Source: Fimicolochytrium jonesii
Taxonomy: Eukaryota
Assembly: GCF_025526975.1 (NCBI RefSeq)
Contig: NW_026515703.1
Span: 1-64,000, forward strand
Length of the DNA stretch: 64,000 nucleotides
Direction of reading: 5' to 3'
The notes beneath the pieces are model-generated. The model was given only the letters and a program-made list of their open reading frames with translations. It was not told the origin of the DNA and made no database searches. The translations under genes and the position numbers were made by a program. Shown here in pieces: positions 63,204 to 64,000 of this stretch. The stretch's first letter is position 1, and every line of letters starts with the position of its first letter.

Positions 63204-64000
63204 ACTGGCACACCGCAACACCGTCAGAGCCATTCACCCATCTTCAAGCATACATCAATTATCCTATTTAAGCTTTATCATTTCAATTTTTTAAATACAC
63301 ATCGCTGGTGGTGCAACAGTGCGTTGCATACCACGATCATCCCCCTGACGCGTTGTCCGTGCCCGTTCAGAATATGCGTTTCGGCAAATGCATCTCTCTC
63401 ACCTTCCAATTTCAACACGACGAGGAGGATGAGAAGGATGAGAAGGATGAGAAGGATATATACAGAATTGACTCCACAGGTTTATTAGACTTCGAGTGCC
63501 GAGAAAAACGCCGCGAAAATGGGGAGTCCACGCCTCACTACACTATATGAGCTGGTCTGCCATATACCTACATCGCGCGCGTGATTATATACATATGCAG
63601 ATGGACCGAAAGACTGCCCAACTGGCTGACGGTCTACCCCATCCCATCCAACCAATAATTCCGGCACTGCTCGGCCTCCAAGGCGCTCACCCAAAAGGGG
63701 GCTCGCAGGCGCTCGCAAACTCCGCTGGATTGCGGTAAATGCTCCTCCTTCTCAGCCAACCTGGCTTCCGCCCCGGTATGGGGCCCACGCAGTCGGGTAA
63801 CCTGATGGTCTCAATCCATCCCAGCTCTCACCCTGAGGACTTTCACCCAGACCTCAGCAGCCGCGATGATGACGGCAAACACGATTAGTATAATGATGAT
63901 CCATGTGATGTACGTCATTTCGTTGACATTCATATGGTCGCAGAGCCTTCAGCGAGAGATATTAGACCGCTTGCGAAAGAGGATCGCCAAATCTGCCAAC

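Overview
Eukaryotic, intron-rich, gene-dense fungal DNA. It is most consistent with a flagellated (chytrid-type) fungus, because fungal housekeeping genes sit alongside a TMEM237-like ciliary gene. About 23 mostly conserved genes are recognisable: FYR-domain protein, serine beta-lactamase-like hydrolase, CGI121, an apparent Rqt4/TRIP4-Ppx1 fusion, TFB2, ZNHIT2, PRMT5, YAE1, ARPC3, YoaK/DUF1275, Na+/H+ antiporter, ATP12, LIP5, TMEM237, RidA, IFI27-like, Pelota/DOM34, bL21m, CHZ-domain chaperone, Hobbit/FMP27, QCR7, NOP1 and RPA49. The main find is a repeat-rich island at ~41.0-47.3 kb. It carries a six-intron Fanzor1 gene (eukaryotic TnpB-like RNA-guided endonuclease) with an intact RuvC triad and zinc finger but lesions in its N-terminal half. 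A structured ~75-nt candidate omegaRNA scaffold follows the stop codon. The island also holds a 199-bp Tc1/mariner-type MITE and inverted telomere-like repeats. All homology calls are by eye from motifs, no searches were run, and exon boundaries are manual inferences.
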